In this document: piece after piece, positions 24,577 to 35,649 of the stretch
Layout of the letters: every line of letters starts with the position of its first letter
Numbering within the stretch: the stretch's first letter is position 1
NCBI GenBank assembly: GCA_964019425.1
Contig: OZ025784.1
Coordinates: 1,612,001 to 1,676,000, forward strand
Source: Flectonema sp. DT1601
Lineage: Eukaryota
Direction: 5' to 3'
DNA length: 64,000 nucleotides
Translations under genes and position numbers: made by a program
The notes under the pieces: generated by a model
The model's database searches: none
Seen by the model: only the letters and a program-made list of their open reading frames with translations
What the model was told of the DNA's origin: nothing

Positions 24577-27140
24577 ATGAATAAATTATTAAGATTTCGA
24601 AAACCGTACGTTGGGACCCCGTCAGCACTGCATGCGAAGATTCTAATTGACAGAAGGTTTGCCTGTTGGGTGTTTTGATTTCTGTATTTGGAATACTTCG
24701 TACTTGTGTTCTCTGACAAAGTTTCTTCTTTAACTTATTTTATTTCCTTTTTTGTCGTGAGGGCATTCGAGTGTTCGTTGTTTTCACTTTGTTGCACATC
24801 TTTGAAGAACTTGTCTGTCCCCATCAACACACAAACAGTGTTCCTTATTTGAAGACTATTGAGAAGTTGAATGAAAAAGGTTTTGATGGCAGTTACAACC
24901 AGGTGTTGATCTCTTCTTCTGTTTTAGTTCTCTTTTCTGTGAATCTCACATTGCAACCTCCGAGTGCAATGCAGCCAACTGAGTGTTGACAACCACTTCA
25001 ATACCTCACTCAATCAGATTTGTCAAGCACGTAGTCTACAGCGAACACCGGTTGGCACAGAGAAGACACTCGCTGATTGGAAGGTTGGTAAGTTCCCCAC
25101 AAAAGATGTTTTATCTGAGAGGAAACCTTACGTTGGGAAGCCATCGAAGGAACATGAAAGGATTCTGATTGACAAAAGGTATTTTGTTTGAATTGAAAGC
25201 ACTCCTGTTGTGCAACTGGCAATCGAATACCACAACTGAATACTAATTACAGCGTTTCGATTGCAGAGACGGGTCGTAGGTTGGATGCCATGGGATATGA
25301 TGGGAATTACAATCAGGTGTGTGTCTGTACTGTTGGTGTTGATTTGATGTCACACGTTGAGGAATTGATTTGGAGTAGAGTCTGCAATGTTTCTAAATTA
25401 GTAAAACTGTTTAGCAATTCATCTTATTGCTTCTCAGCTTTGATCGATTTAAATAACTTTAAACTGAAGCAGATAATGACTGCGAGAGAAAACCAGTTTG
25501 CGGGAGTTGGTATGGACGCTGATCAACGTGACAGGGAACCCATCACAGTCATCTTATCGAAGAGGAAACCTTACGTTGGGAAGCCATCGAAGGAACATGA
25601 AAGGATTCTGATTGACAAAAGGTATTCTTTTGATTGAATTGAAAGCACTCCTGTTGTGCAACTGGCAATCGAATACCACAACTGAATACTAATTACAGCG
25701 TTTCGTATGCAGAAACGGGTCGTAGGTTGGATGCCATGGGATATGATGGGAATTACAATCAGGTGTGTGTCTGTACTGTTGGTGTTGAGTTGATGTCACA
25801 CGTTGAGGAATTGATTTGGAGTAGAGTCTGCAATGTTTCTAAATTAGTAAAACTGTTTAGCAATTCATCTTATTGCTTCTCAGCTTTGATCGATTTAAAT
25901 AGGAAATTTCCCCGTTGCTACTCCAAAACTTTATTTTTCTCCGTTGTAGTCCACCTATAAGGATTTTTCTCCGTTGTGTTTTCTTTTCTTTTCTTTTTTT
26001 GCTGTTGTGTGCACAACAGCGAGAAAACTAAAAGAGTTGTTCACAATAGCGAAAAATCTTCTTGGGTGTAGGCAACGGAGAAAAAGCTTTTTTTTAATGT
26101 AGGCAACTGAGAATTCTCCATCTAAATAACTTTGAACTGAATCAGATAACAACTGCGAGACAAAACAAGTTTGCGCGAGTTGGTATGGATGCACAACGAG
26201 AATCTATCAAAGTTGTGTTATCGAAGAGGAAACCTTACGTTGGGAAGCCATCGAAGGAACATGAAAGGATTCTGATTGACAAAAGGTATTCTTTTGATTG
26301 AATTGAAAGCACTCCAGTTGTGCAACTGGCAATCGAATACCACAACTGAATACTAATTACAGCGTTTCGTATGCAGAGACGGGTCGTAGGTTGGATGCCA
26401 TGGGATATGATGGGAATTACCATCAGGTGTGTGTTTGCTGTACCGTGGGAATGTGTTTCTTTCATTACTCTCCTTAGTTGAGGAAACAACGACAGATACA
26501 CAAAGCTCGTTCTAATCAAAGGGCACTTGTCGGTATGTCTCGACAGTCTAGTTGTCGATGTTCAGGAACTGCTACTCGTAGTTGGTCTCCTTCCATCAAC
26601 TTCGTTGGGAAGACGAGGGATGGCGGGGAGTACCTGGTGGTGGTTGGGACGGGGATCACGGATCTGACGAGCTGCAGGGTGGATGGAAAGACTGATGCGG
26701 CTGTGCACGTGACGGTGTGTCAGAATCTGAAGGGAGAGGACGTGGAGTTGGAGGCGGGGGAGTACACCAACTCGGTATGTGAATCCTCATAATGAATAGC
26801 ATTGTGTGCACTGTGTGGTGATGTTGGCGCAGAAATGCCATCCGTGGGTGTTTGCCTGAGAATAGAAAGGTTGGAAGAAGAAAACAATTCACAGCGGAGG
26901 CTGCCCTCAGGGATCTTGCCGGAAGCAGGTGGGAAGTGCCGAGTGAGGATCGAAGGAGGTGTGGCGATGTTGAGGATCCCCATCGTGAAAGACGTTTTGT
27001 CTGTTCCGCAGGTGGTGGAGGTGGTTGAGGGTGGGAAGGGTGTGAGGAGTTGGGAGGAGTTGCTGGAGGAAGTAGTACCAGAGGTAGTGCTGAAGGAAGA
27101 AGTGATGAAAGCATCCGTCCCTGTTGATGAGGAGTCTTGA
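24577..27140 (+). CDS. HTH-like repeat + alpha-crystallin-like protein, copy 6 (4 repeats)
   Basis: Variable exons start at 25018 (YNQ|ICQARS), 25473 (YNQ|IMTARE), 26146 (YNQ|ITTARQ) and 26496 (YHQ|IHKARS). A MITE lies in one intron. Confidence 0.8.
25902..26119. mobile_element. 218-bp MITE with ~17-bp TIRs and 9-bp TSD (Mutator-like)
   Basis: Absent from the paralogous introns (near 8480, 14920, 25450). Ends GGAAATTTCCCCGTTGC / GCAACTGAGAATTCTCC; flanks ATTTAAATA / ATCTAAATA. Confidence 0.8.
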
Positions 27141-27454
27141 CAGGACACTCTGATTCCTATTTGATGAACCATCTCTCATAGTTCCCTTGTGTTGAATGTT
27201 GACCTCTTTTAGTATTACTTGAATCTTTGTTATCAACAGGGAGTACAACATCATAATGTAAATAGTACTTGAGTAGTGAAGTAAAGGATTACAAGAATAA
27301 TGATTGAGAATAGTTCTGTAGAATAACCAAAAGGTTTAAAGTTCTTTAATATCAATTTCTTAATAAATAGGAGTTCAAAGTACTTCTCAAGGGAAGAAGA
27401 TGATGATGATGATGATGATGTATTATAAAGAAACAATAAAATAAAACAATAGAT

Positions 27455-28874
27455 ATGCAGCATACTGATATTAACATCTCTTTAGAACCGTACCGTCAAA
27501 CTCTGAGTGAAGAACACCAACTCGACTATCACTACCAGTAGTAAGTTAAACAGCATGCATGATAAAAACAGACACCATCAGCAATTATCATACTTCGCAA
27601 CCGGAAATGAAGTTTTCGTTTTTCCAGATAGAATGACGAGAGAAGGAGTGACGAGAGAGATTGTTAATAGGAGACTACGATACCTTGCTGAGCAACCAAA
27701 GAAACTCTGGCCAAGAGGAAGACCAATGAATCATAAAAGTGATATTTTAGATCGAAACATCAACAAACAAGTAGCTCCTCTGTCTTCTATTCTACAGCAA
27801 CGAATTGAAAGATGTAAACAGTCAAAAGATTATCAAAAAGAAGTTAGGAAACGTCATCAACAACAATTAGAATCCCGTGAGAGGAATCTTATTCAAAAAC
27901 TATCAGACAAAGCTATGAAGTGTTGTAAAGATGACCTACAGCAGAAGAGATCACGATGTGAAAGCTGGTTGAAAACAATACAAAGCATCAACTCAATGGC
28001 GACCGTAAGGATTATTATCCAGTACAACAGAGCGCTGGTGGGAATCCGAGAACGTGAAGAAAAAACTGTGAGAAACGCAAGAAAGAGATTGATGGATCCG
28101 GTAACAGAAAGACGACGAGTCATGAGCAGGGAATTAATTACGAAGTTAACAAGAAAAGTAAAACCAGTTCTAGGGTTGTTCAGAAATGTTAAACAACTGA
28201 ATGATAGTATTAATATTGTGAAAGCATCATTTAACAACAGAGGACTATGTAAGTACAGAATTAGATTATTTGTAAGACACGTTATATCATTACAAAGGTT
28301 CGCAAGGAGGTTACGAAGAACAAACAAAGCCAGACTCGCTCTTTTCATCGTTCAGTTTAACTCATTGGAAGCAGCAGTTCTAAAGGCTGACTCATCCCCT
28401 GGAGGAGGAGGTGGAGGAGGAGTTCTGTCTCCAGGGATACTACATTCGGTGAAAAGGAAAGTTCTTGAATCTGAAATCACAGAACTACTGACGGTGTATA
28501 AACTTGCTTTGGGAATGTGGAAACAATGTGGTGATGTTGCTCGCAGGAACCTTCAAGAAGTTGAACATTCACTCAGAGCTCGTTTTTTGTTGGGATCTTC
28601 CAACAGCTGTGATGTGAACAACAGTCATCCTGCAATCCCTCACTTGGTCAGAATCTTACCTTCGACTATAATGCAAGATATCATTCTTAAAGCAGCCCGA
28701 GTACAAAACGAAGTGGAGTCAAACTGGGAAGTTGACCCTCACATTAGCAAACATAACATTATAAAAGAAAGACAACAATGCATAACAAATATTTACTATT
28801 CTGAGAAGAAGAAGGAACAATTATTTCTGGAAAAGGTCGACGTGGGATTAAGGAAATATGGAAGTTCACTTTAG
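27455..28874 (+). pseudogene. Coiled-coil/IQ-like gene copy D with a 197-bp frameshifting 5' deletion
   Basis: The ATG at 27455 reads MQHTDINISLEPYRQTLSE, then shifts frame and stops early. The span is 1420 bp versus 1617 bp; the rest of the ORF is intact. Confidence 0.7.
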
Positions 28875-29311
28875 TGAGAACCCACAAAGATGTTTTTATT
28901 CTCCTTCTTTCAGACTTTCTTATTTACACCTATTTTGTAATAATCGTAATTGTTAGTAATGAATTGATAAATAATATATTTTTTTTTCAGTCAGAAAAAG
29001 TAATGTAAATTGTTTACAGATGGCAGCTGAAGAGTGAGGAACTGATTGTTTGTTTTTTCTTCATATTTGGATTCTCTGAGTTAGTGTTATCGAGTAGCAT
29101 TCTAACATCTCGTGGAATACAATCAGATTCCTAATTGATCGTCTCACAGCTAATTTAATGAATTGGTTCACAGATGATGACAAAAGAACAAAGCTAATTT
29201 AACTCTGTTAGAGAACTGTTGACCGCAGAGTAAGTAATCGGAGGCATTTTATGATTCTGTTCTGGTTGTGGGAAATCTAATTTCTAATTACCTTCTGCAG
29301 CACACACTGTG

Positions 29312-30773
29312 ATGAATAAGTTGCTGCGATTTCGAAAACCGTACGTTGGGACCCCGTCAGCACTGCATGCGAAGATTCTAATTGACAGAAGGTTTGCCTG
29401 TTGGGTGTTTTGATTTCTGTATTTGGAATACTTCGTACTTGTGTTCCCTGACAAAGTTTCTTCTTTAACTTTATTTGTTCCCTTTTTCTTGTGAGGGCAT
29501 TCGAGTGTTCGTTGTTTTCACTTTGTTGCACATCTTTGAAGAACTTGTCTGTCCTCATCAACACACAAACAGTGTTCCTTGTTTGAAGACTATTGAGAAG
29601 TTGAATGAAAAAGGTTTTGATGGCAGTTGCGACCAGGTGTTGATCTCTTCTTCTGTTTTAGTTCTCTTTTCTGTGAATCTCACTTTACAACCTCCGAGTG
29701 CAATGCAGCCACTGAGTGTTGACAACCACTTCAATACCTCACTCAATTAGATTCGTCACGCACGTAGTCTACAGCGAGCACCAGTTGGCAAAAAGAAGAC
29801 ACTCGCTGATTGGAAGGTTGGTAAGTTCCCCATAAGAGATGTTTTATCTGAGAGGAAACGTTACGTTGGGAAGCCATCGAAGGAACATGAAAGGATTCTG
29901 ATTGACAAAAGGTATTCTTTTGTTTGAATTGAAAGCACTCCTGTTGTGCAACTGGCAATCGAATACCACAACTGAATACTAATTACAGCGTTTCGTATGC
30001 AGAGACGGGTCGTAGGTTGGATGCCATGGGATATGATGGGAATTACCATCAGGTGTGTATTTGCTGTAGTGAGAATGTAGTGTCTGTGTCTTGTTTCACT
30101 ACTCTTCTTAGTTGAAGGAAATAACGACAGATAAGAAATTGTCGTTTCGATCAAAGAGCTGCTATCAGTTTGTCTCGACAGTCTAGTTCTCGATGTTCAG
30201 GAACTGCTACTCGTAGTTGGTCTCCTTCCATCAGCTTCGTTGGGAAGACGAGGGATGGCGGGGAGTACCTGGTGGTGGTTGGGACGGGGATCACGGATCT
30301 GAAGAGCTGCAGGGTGGATGGAAAGACTGATGCGGCTGTGCACGTGACGGTGTGTCAGAATCTGAAGGGAGAGGACGTGGAGTTGGAGGAGGGGGAGTAC
30401 ACCAACTCGGTATGTGAATCCTCATAATGAATAGCATTGTGTGCACTTGGTGGTGATGTTGGAGCAGAAATGCCATCCGTGGTGTTGCTTGAGGAAAGAA
30501 AGGTAGGAAGAAGAAAACAATTCACAGCGGAGGCTGCCCTCAGGGATCTTGCCGGAAGCAGGTGGGAAGTGCCGAGTGAGGATCGAAGGAGGTGTGGTGA
30601 TGTTGAGGATCCCCATCGTGAAAGACGTTTTGTCTGTTCCGCAGGTGGTGGAGGTGGTTGAGGGTGCGAAGGGTGTGAGGAGTTGGGAGGAGTTGCTGGA
30701 GGAAGTAGTACCAGAGGTAGTGCTGAAGGAAGAAGTGATGAAAGCATCCGTCCCTGTTGATGAGGAGTCTTGA
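29312..30773 (+). CDS. HTH-like repeat + alpha-crystallin-like protein, copy 7 (2 repeats)
   Basis: Variable exons start at 29751 (CDQ|IRHARS) and 30131 (YHQ|IRNCRF). Confidence 0.8.
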
Positions 30774-31148
30774 CAGGACACTCTGATTCCTATTTGATGA
30801 ACCATCTCTCATAGTTCCCTTGTGTTGAATGTTGACCTCTTTTAGTATTACTTGAATCTTTGTTATCAACAGGGAGTACAACATCATAATGTAAATAGTA
30901 CTTGAGTAGTGAAGTAAAGGATTACACAGCGTGTTGAACCTTTTCTCATTCATTGTTGTTTTATTTAATTCTTATTTACTTCAACAGGTAGTTCTGTATT
31001 CTGAAGATTACAATGGATGATATTAAAATCTTTCAGTGAGTATCAATTGGTGGACAAGTAGTTTACTGTATGCGGGTGATTCGTTGTCGTAGTTTTCCTT
31101 TTTTAAAATAAACAATTATTCTTCATTCCCCTTCAGGAATTATATAAC

Positions 31149-33401
31149 ATGGCGTTGCAGACCCACTGTCGATACACCAACCTCCCTTACCTCACCGAGC
31201 AGCAGGTCCACAGATCTCTGAGTAGTATTTTACAAAGAAATCCTCCGATTGTATACGCTCGTTATGTTGATAAGATGAGTAGTAGGGAAGACCGTCAACG
31301 AAGGGCAATTATTGTGAGTTTTGGTAGGCTGATATTACTGCAGGTGATGTCGTCTGGGGTGAAGATGAAAAGATACATCCCTACCTCAGCAATTAGTAAA
31401 TTAATGTTTTCTCGTACTGTTTATAAAGGAAAGGAAGTTGATCAGGTTTTGATTAAGATTCCTTCTGAGTACGATTTGTTAATAGAATTTTGTGAAGACC
31501 AAAAGAACACACGAAATACCAACAAAGGAAAACCTGCTTTGCAATTCGTTGAATTGATAACAAAAATAAGAATGGCGCAGAATACGGAACCTGCTTGGCT
31601 TGGTTGCGATAAGTTTGAACCGTCAGCTGCTCGTCCTCCTCTCAGATCGTATGCACAACTTCTAAAGAAGGCTGCCAGAGATTACAAATCACCTTCACAA
31701 ACACTTAAAGAACATCAAAAACTACTCGACTCAGGAACTCTTCATACTAAAAAGAGGATTACTGCACTAGGAGACGAGCCCCCATCCGTAGTAAAGCCTC
31801 AGAGACAACCCACAAATCATAATCGACAACAACCAGCTAGTGTGCCTGTCAAAAGGATTCTTCTTCCACAAGAGAAAAGTGATCAAATAAAACAGTGGAG
31901 TAAAGACACAGCTGATAACTCGTACACACTTCCGTTACCCAGCATTACTGAGCCAGTAGATGTTCGAGGTACTGGTAGTGGTAGTGGTGGTGGTGGTAGT
32001 GGTGGTAATAAGAATTTACTGTTAGTTCCTCAGGAGAGTGCTCTCACAGTGGCTAGCTTTTCAAGTGACGGATCGAATGTACACAACAAAACAATACCAG
32101 CGATTGGTACCAACCTGCCTGAGAAGAAGAGTGATATCCCAGTTATAATCCCTGTTGTGATTAACAATCCAGCGACTGTAAGCAAACCAAAACCTCCATC
32201 AGAAGAACCTCCAGTTGTGAACCCAACCACCGACAGCAAACTCAGTAGCGACGTATCTCCCGTTAAGGAAATGGAAAGTAATTCACATCTTAAAGCCGAG
32301 ACCAAATCTACTGAACCGTCAGCTGTAAAACCTCAACTAGCGTCTTTAATACCTGATCAGAAACCACCACCTATTCCTGTGAAGGATGTTCCGAAAAGTA
32401 AAACTTTTCAAACTCATTCAACAACAGCAGCAGACCTTAAAGAAGACAGCTCATCAGAGGCATCAACTATTGAGATAGGAAGTGATTATGGTTTACAGAT
32501 TAATGTTATTAGTAATCAAAAGGAATCTATACCAACACCAGAGAAGAGTAAAAAGAAATCACACAAACAACAACACAGCAGCTCTTCTAGTAGTTCATCA
32601 TCCAACAGAGAGAGTAAAGGAAAGAATACTTCTAAAGAAATCACTGCTATTGAAAAGCCACAACCCACAAAGACTTCTACTAAAGTAGAGGAGAGTGACA
32701 AAGAAGAAACCACTTCTGAGAAACCTAAATTAGTGAGTCAGCCAAATGACACACCCAAAAGCCACAGTAAAGAGAAACAATCTGAACCACACGACGTTAT
32801 AGTTGAAAGGCAGATTGTGGAAGAAGAGGAACCAAAGCAAAAGGTAAAGAAAGAATCAAAGACCAAGAAACCCAAAAACATACCAGATACGATTGGATAT
32901 CATATCGAAGAGAGTTCTTCATCATCGAGTAGCTCTTCTGAGAAAAAGAAAAAGAAAAAGAAGAAAACCAAAAGTAAGGAATATTCTATTAACACCACTC
33001 CCATTGATCCCCGTAGACGTACAGAAGCTTGGTCGAAGACTGTTGAGGTTCCTAAGAGGGAGTGGGGGAGTCCTCCCCGACCAACGTGGTGTCATATTGA
33101 GGCCGTCGGTAAAAAGGGTCAGGTGTTGTATAAGAAGCGACTCATCAAGCTGGATGAAAATAGTCTGCAGTTGTTCTCATCATCAGCAGTGAATGAAGGA
33201 ACACCAACTAATAAGATATTATTGACTGATGTCATTACTGTCACTGATGCCTCCCTTCTGGATAGCGACATGGAGTCTCTACGAATCGCATTCAGTGTTA
33301 AGACGAGAGTAGAGTCGTTTACTTGTATCACTCTGACTACGGGTGATAAAGATGCCTGGGTGTTTTATTTTAATAAACGCTATCCAGAGACCAGAGGATA
33401 A
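31149..33401 (+). CDS. Protein with N-terminal myosin TH1-like (PH-fold) domain, disordered linker and C-terminal PH domain
   Basis: 750-aa ORF. VDKMSSREDRQRRAIIVS..KRYIPTSAI..IKIPSEYDLL is TH1-like; YKKRLIKL..FSVKT..DKDAWV is PH-like. Confidence 0.7.
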   Translation: MALQTHCRYTNLPYLTEQQVHRSLSSILQRNPPIVYARYVDKMSSREDRQRRAIIVSFGRLILLQVMSSGVKMKRYIPTSAISKLMFSRTVYKGKEVDQVLIKIPSEYDLLIEFCEDQKNTRNTNKGKPALQFVELITKIRMAQNTEPAWLGCDKFEPSAARPPLRSYAQLLKKAARDYKSPSQTLKEHQKLLDSGTLHTKKRITALGDEPPSVVKPQRQPTNHNRQQPASVPVKRILLPQEKSDQIKQWSKDTADNSYTLPLPSITEPVDVRGTGSGSGGGGSGGNKNLLLVPQESALTVASFSSDGSNVHNKTIPAIGTNLPEKKSDIPVIIPVVINNPATVSKPKPPSEEPPVVNPTTDSKLSSDVSPVKEMESNSHLKAETKSTEPSAVKPQLASLIPDQKPPPIPVKDVPKSKTFQTHSTTAADLKEDSSSEASTIEIGSDYGLQINVISNQKESIPTPEKSKKKSHKQQHSSSSSSSSSNRESKGKNTSKEITAIEKPQPTKTSTKVEESDKEETTSEKPKLVSQPNDTPKSHSKEKQSEPHDVIVERQIVEEEEPKQKVKKESKTKKPKNIPDTIGYHIEESSSSSSSSSEKKKKKKKKTKSKEYSINTTPIDPRRRTEAWSKTVEVPKREWGSPPRPTWCHIEAVGKKGQVLYKKRLIKLDENSLQLFSSSAVNEGTPTNKILLTDVITVTDASLLDSDMESLRIAFSVKTRVESFTCITLTTGDKDAWVFYFNKRYPETRG

Positions 33402-34123
33402 AAGTAATAATATGATAGTTAGATCGTCTCACTCACAAGTATCCGTCAGGTTCATCTACACGTGACAGCCAGTAGTAAACAAATTAAGTAACCTTCTGTC
33501 GCATTATTGAGACTGAAGAATACTTGTTGTTCGCACGCACTCATATCATTTTATTATGTTCTCTGAAATGTGAGGTTTTTCCCCCTCAAGGGTAATCTGA
33601 GATATTTGGAGTTACGTGTTTTCTTACTGAGTTATAAAAGTAATTTGAAATGAGAAATCGTACAAAACCTTACACCTCAACCTCCCAGACTCCCCCCCAC
33701 CTAAACTAAACCTGTATCTGTTTTTTCTAATTCAAATTTGTTTGTATTTCTTTTTCGTTTGTTTGTTTATGTTGTTGCTCTCTCTGAAGCTACTGTAGCT
33801 GACACGGTAAGTGACTTGTTCTGGGTGACTAATACTGAATCAGGGACCCTCCCTGCACTAACACAATAATACTTTTATTGTTTGTCTTTGTGGCAATGCT
33901 CTCTGTTCATAATGTACTTTTGATCTATTTTATTTTTTTCAGTTACTTTCTTTTTTTCCTCCTTTAAAAAAAAAAAAAAAAAAAAAAGAACAGTTGTTAC
34001 ATTTAGAATAGCCTAGGCCAACTTTGCGTGCATGAAAAAATAAACATCATTTGTAAACCGTCTTTTTTGTGTCAATTTTATCTTATCTTTTCTTAAGGTA
34101 AAAAATAAAATAAATAAGATAAA

Positions 34124-34813
34124 ATGCACGACGACCACCAACTTGCTAGAGTAAAAGGCCTTCCATCAGACATGACGGCATCAATGCTGAAACAGTGTCG
34201 ATGGTGTGATGAGAGGGACCTTCACTTATCAGAAGAAGGTTTCGTAAGATGTATGACCTGCATAGCTGTCTGTTCATGCGTAAAGTGTTATGAAGGGGTG
34301 AGAGACAAGTTAGACGAAGCTAGTAAAAAGTTCGAGCAACAAACAGAAGAGAGTCAAAGTCCGACTGAAGAAGACAGCGAATTGTTGAGAGAGGAAAGTG
34401 CGTCGCCTTTAATGTCGCCATCGTCAGTTCTCAAATCGATTAGAAAGAATGAAAATCAAATATTACAATCTACTATACCACAAAAACCAACATCAACATG
34501 GATATATTTAGAATGCCCTCAGAAAGGATGTTCATATAAACGTCGCTTTCTATCTGCTACTGAAGACAAACAGTCGATTCAATTTCGATCTTCATCAAAT
34601 ATAAAACAAGACACACTCGGTTCTGTTATTCTTCTTCGTCATATTATCGATGTTAGTGATTGCGTACCTTCTTCACAACGACTTGCGAAACTTGGTGTTT
34701 GCTTTTCCATTAAAACCATAAATAAACTTTACACAATAATAATACCAACTGGTTACAGTAGTTGGAGAGCTTGGCTCTCCACGAAGATAAACAACAAGTC
34801 TGTCGAGTTATAA
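34124..34813 (+). CDS. Cys-rich N-terminus + PH-like domain protein
   Basis: 229 aa with several CxxC pairs; YKRRFL..FSIKT..WRAWL is PH-like and similar to the PH domain of the upstream gene. Confidence 0.6.
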   Translation: MHDDHQLARVKGLPSDMTASMLKQCRWCDERDLHLSEEGFVRCMTCIAVCSCVKCYEGVRDKLDEASKKFEQQTEESQSPTEEDSELLREESASPLMSPSSVLKSIRKNENQILQSTIPQKPTSTWIYLECPQKGCSYKRRFLSATEDKQSIQFRSSSNIKQDTLGSVILLRHIIDVSDCVPSSQRLAKLGVCFSIKTINKLYTIIIPTGYSSWRAWLSTKINNKSVEL

Positions 34814-35329
34814 CTTACAATTAGATTGTTGAAACTTATTAACTTGTCATCGACCCCGCTGATGACTCACCTGATGGAGGTCGTCTTGTCGTTTGTAACT
34901 CATTTCGTATAAATAAGTAAAAAAAAAAAAAAAAATAAATAAATAAAGTCGTACTTGATGCATAAGTATTGGTATTGACTTCTTCTTATGATTTGTGACT
35001 GCAGGTTCTTTTTGTTTTTGTTTGTTTTTATTTCGATGGGGATAATTCTTCACCATAGGGAAGTTAACTCCGCCACCATCCTTGGAGTGTTTCATTACAC
35101 CCGGCCTTGTGCTAGTGCATTAGAACCATCGAGGACAAATCTCTTTACGGATTCGTCGAAACCATCACAAGTTCTATAGAGAAGCTGCTGCTGACCGAAA
35201 GGTTTGGTGGTGACTGCCTCTATCAGAACTGCGAAATAAAAGAGACAACTAACGTCTTGATGCTTTCAACTGTTTATCGTGTTAGTATTTTAGACAAGTC
35301 GTTTTTTTTATTTTTATTTTTATTTTTTT

Positions 35330-35400
35330 GGAGGAAATCTCCCTAATTCCGCAAAAAAAAAAAAATAGTTTCGAAAATCGGCAAACTCATCCCGAAAATA
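35330..35400. mobile_element. Degenerate solo TIR of the 46422-47445 element family
   Basis: GGAAATCTCCCTAATTCCGCAAAA..ATAGTTTCGAAAATCGGCAAACTCATC matches that TIR. Confidence 0.55.
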
Positions 35401-35649
35401 TGTAACCAGAGGCAGAAAAAAAAAAATAAATTCTTATTTTTTTTTTGATATAGTATTGTACTGTAATAATATAGTAAAAAAAGGTTCGTGGGGTGAAAGG
35501 CCTCAGGAAAAGTGATATTTTATTTAGTCTTCGCCTCTCTCTTTTCTTGGACAGCTGAGAGTCAATCCTTCAGCCGAAGCACAATCTCCATAATTGGACC
35601 CTCCACTGATGCGGGTTGAGACCCATTTCTGGAAGGGCAAATATGATGA

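Larger units (their letters stand above)
7500..30925 (+). repeat. Tandem segmental array of 7 units (about 2.4-4.7 kb spacing)
   Basis: Near-identical blocks recur at about 7.5, 10.1, 14.0, 18.3, 22.1, 24.6 and 29.3 kb. Units differ in internal repeat number and in whether the 538-aa gene is present. Confidence 0.95.

Noticed and set aside
7500..30925. Array as CRISPR, DGR or a transposon
   Set aside because: No short repeat-spacer pattern, RT or transposase. Variation is not adenine-restricted and the repeats are spliced coding exons.
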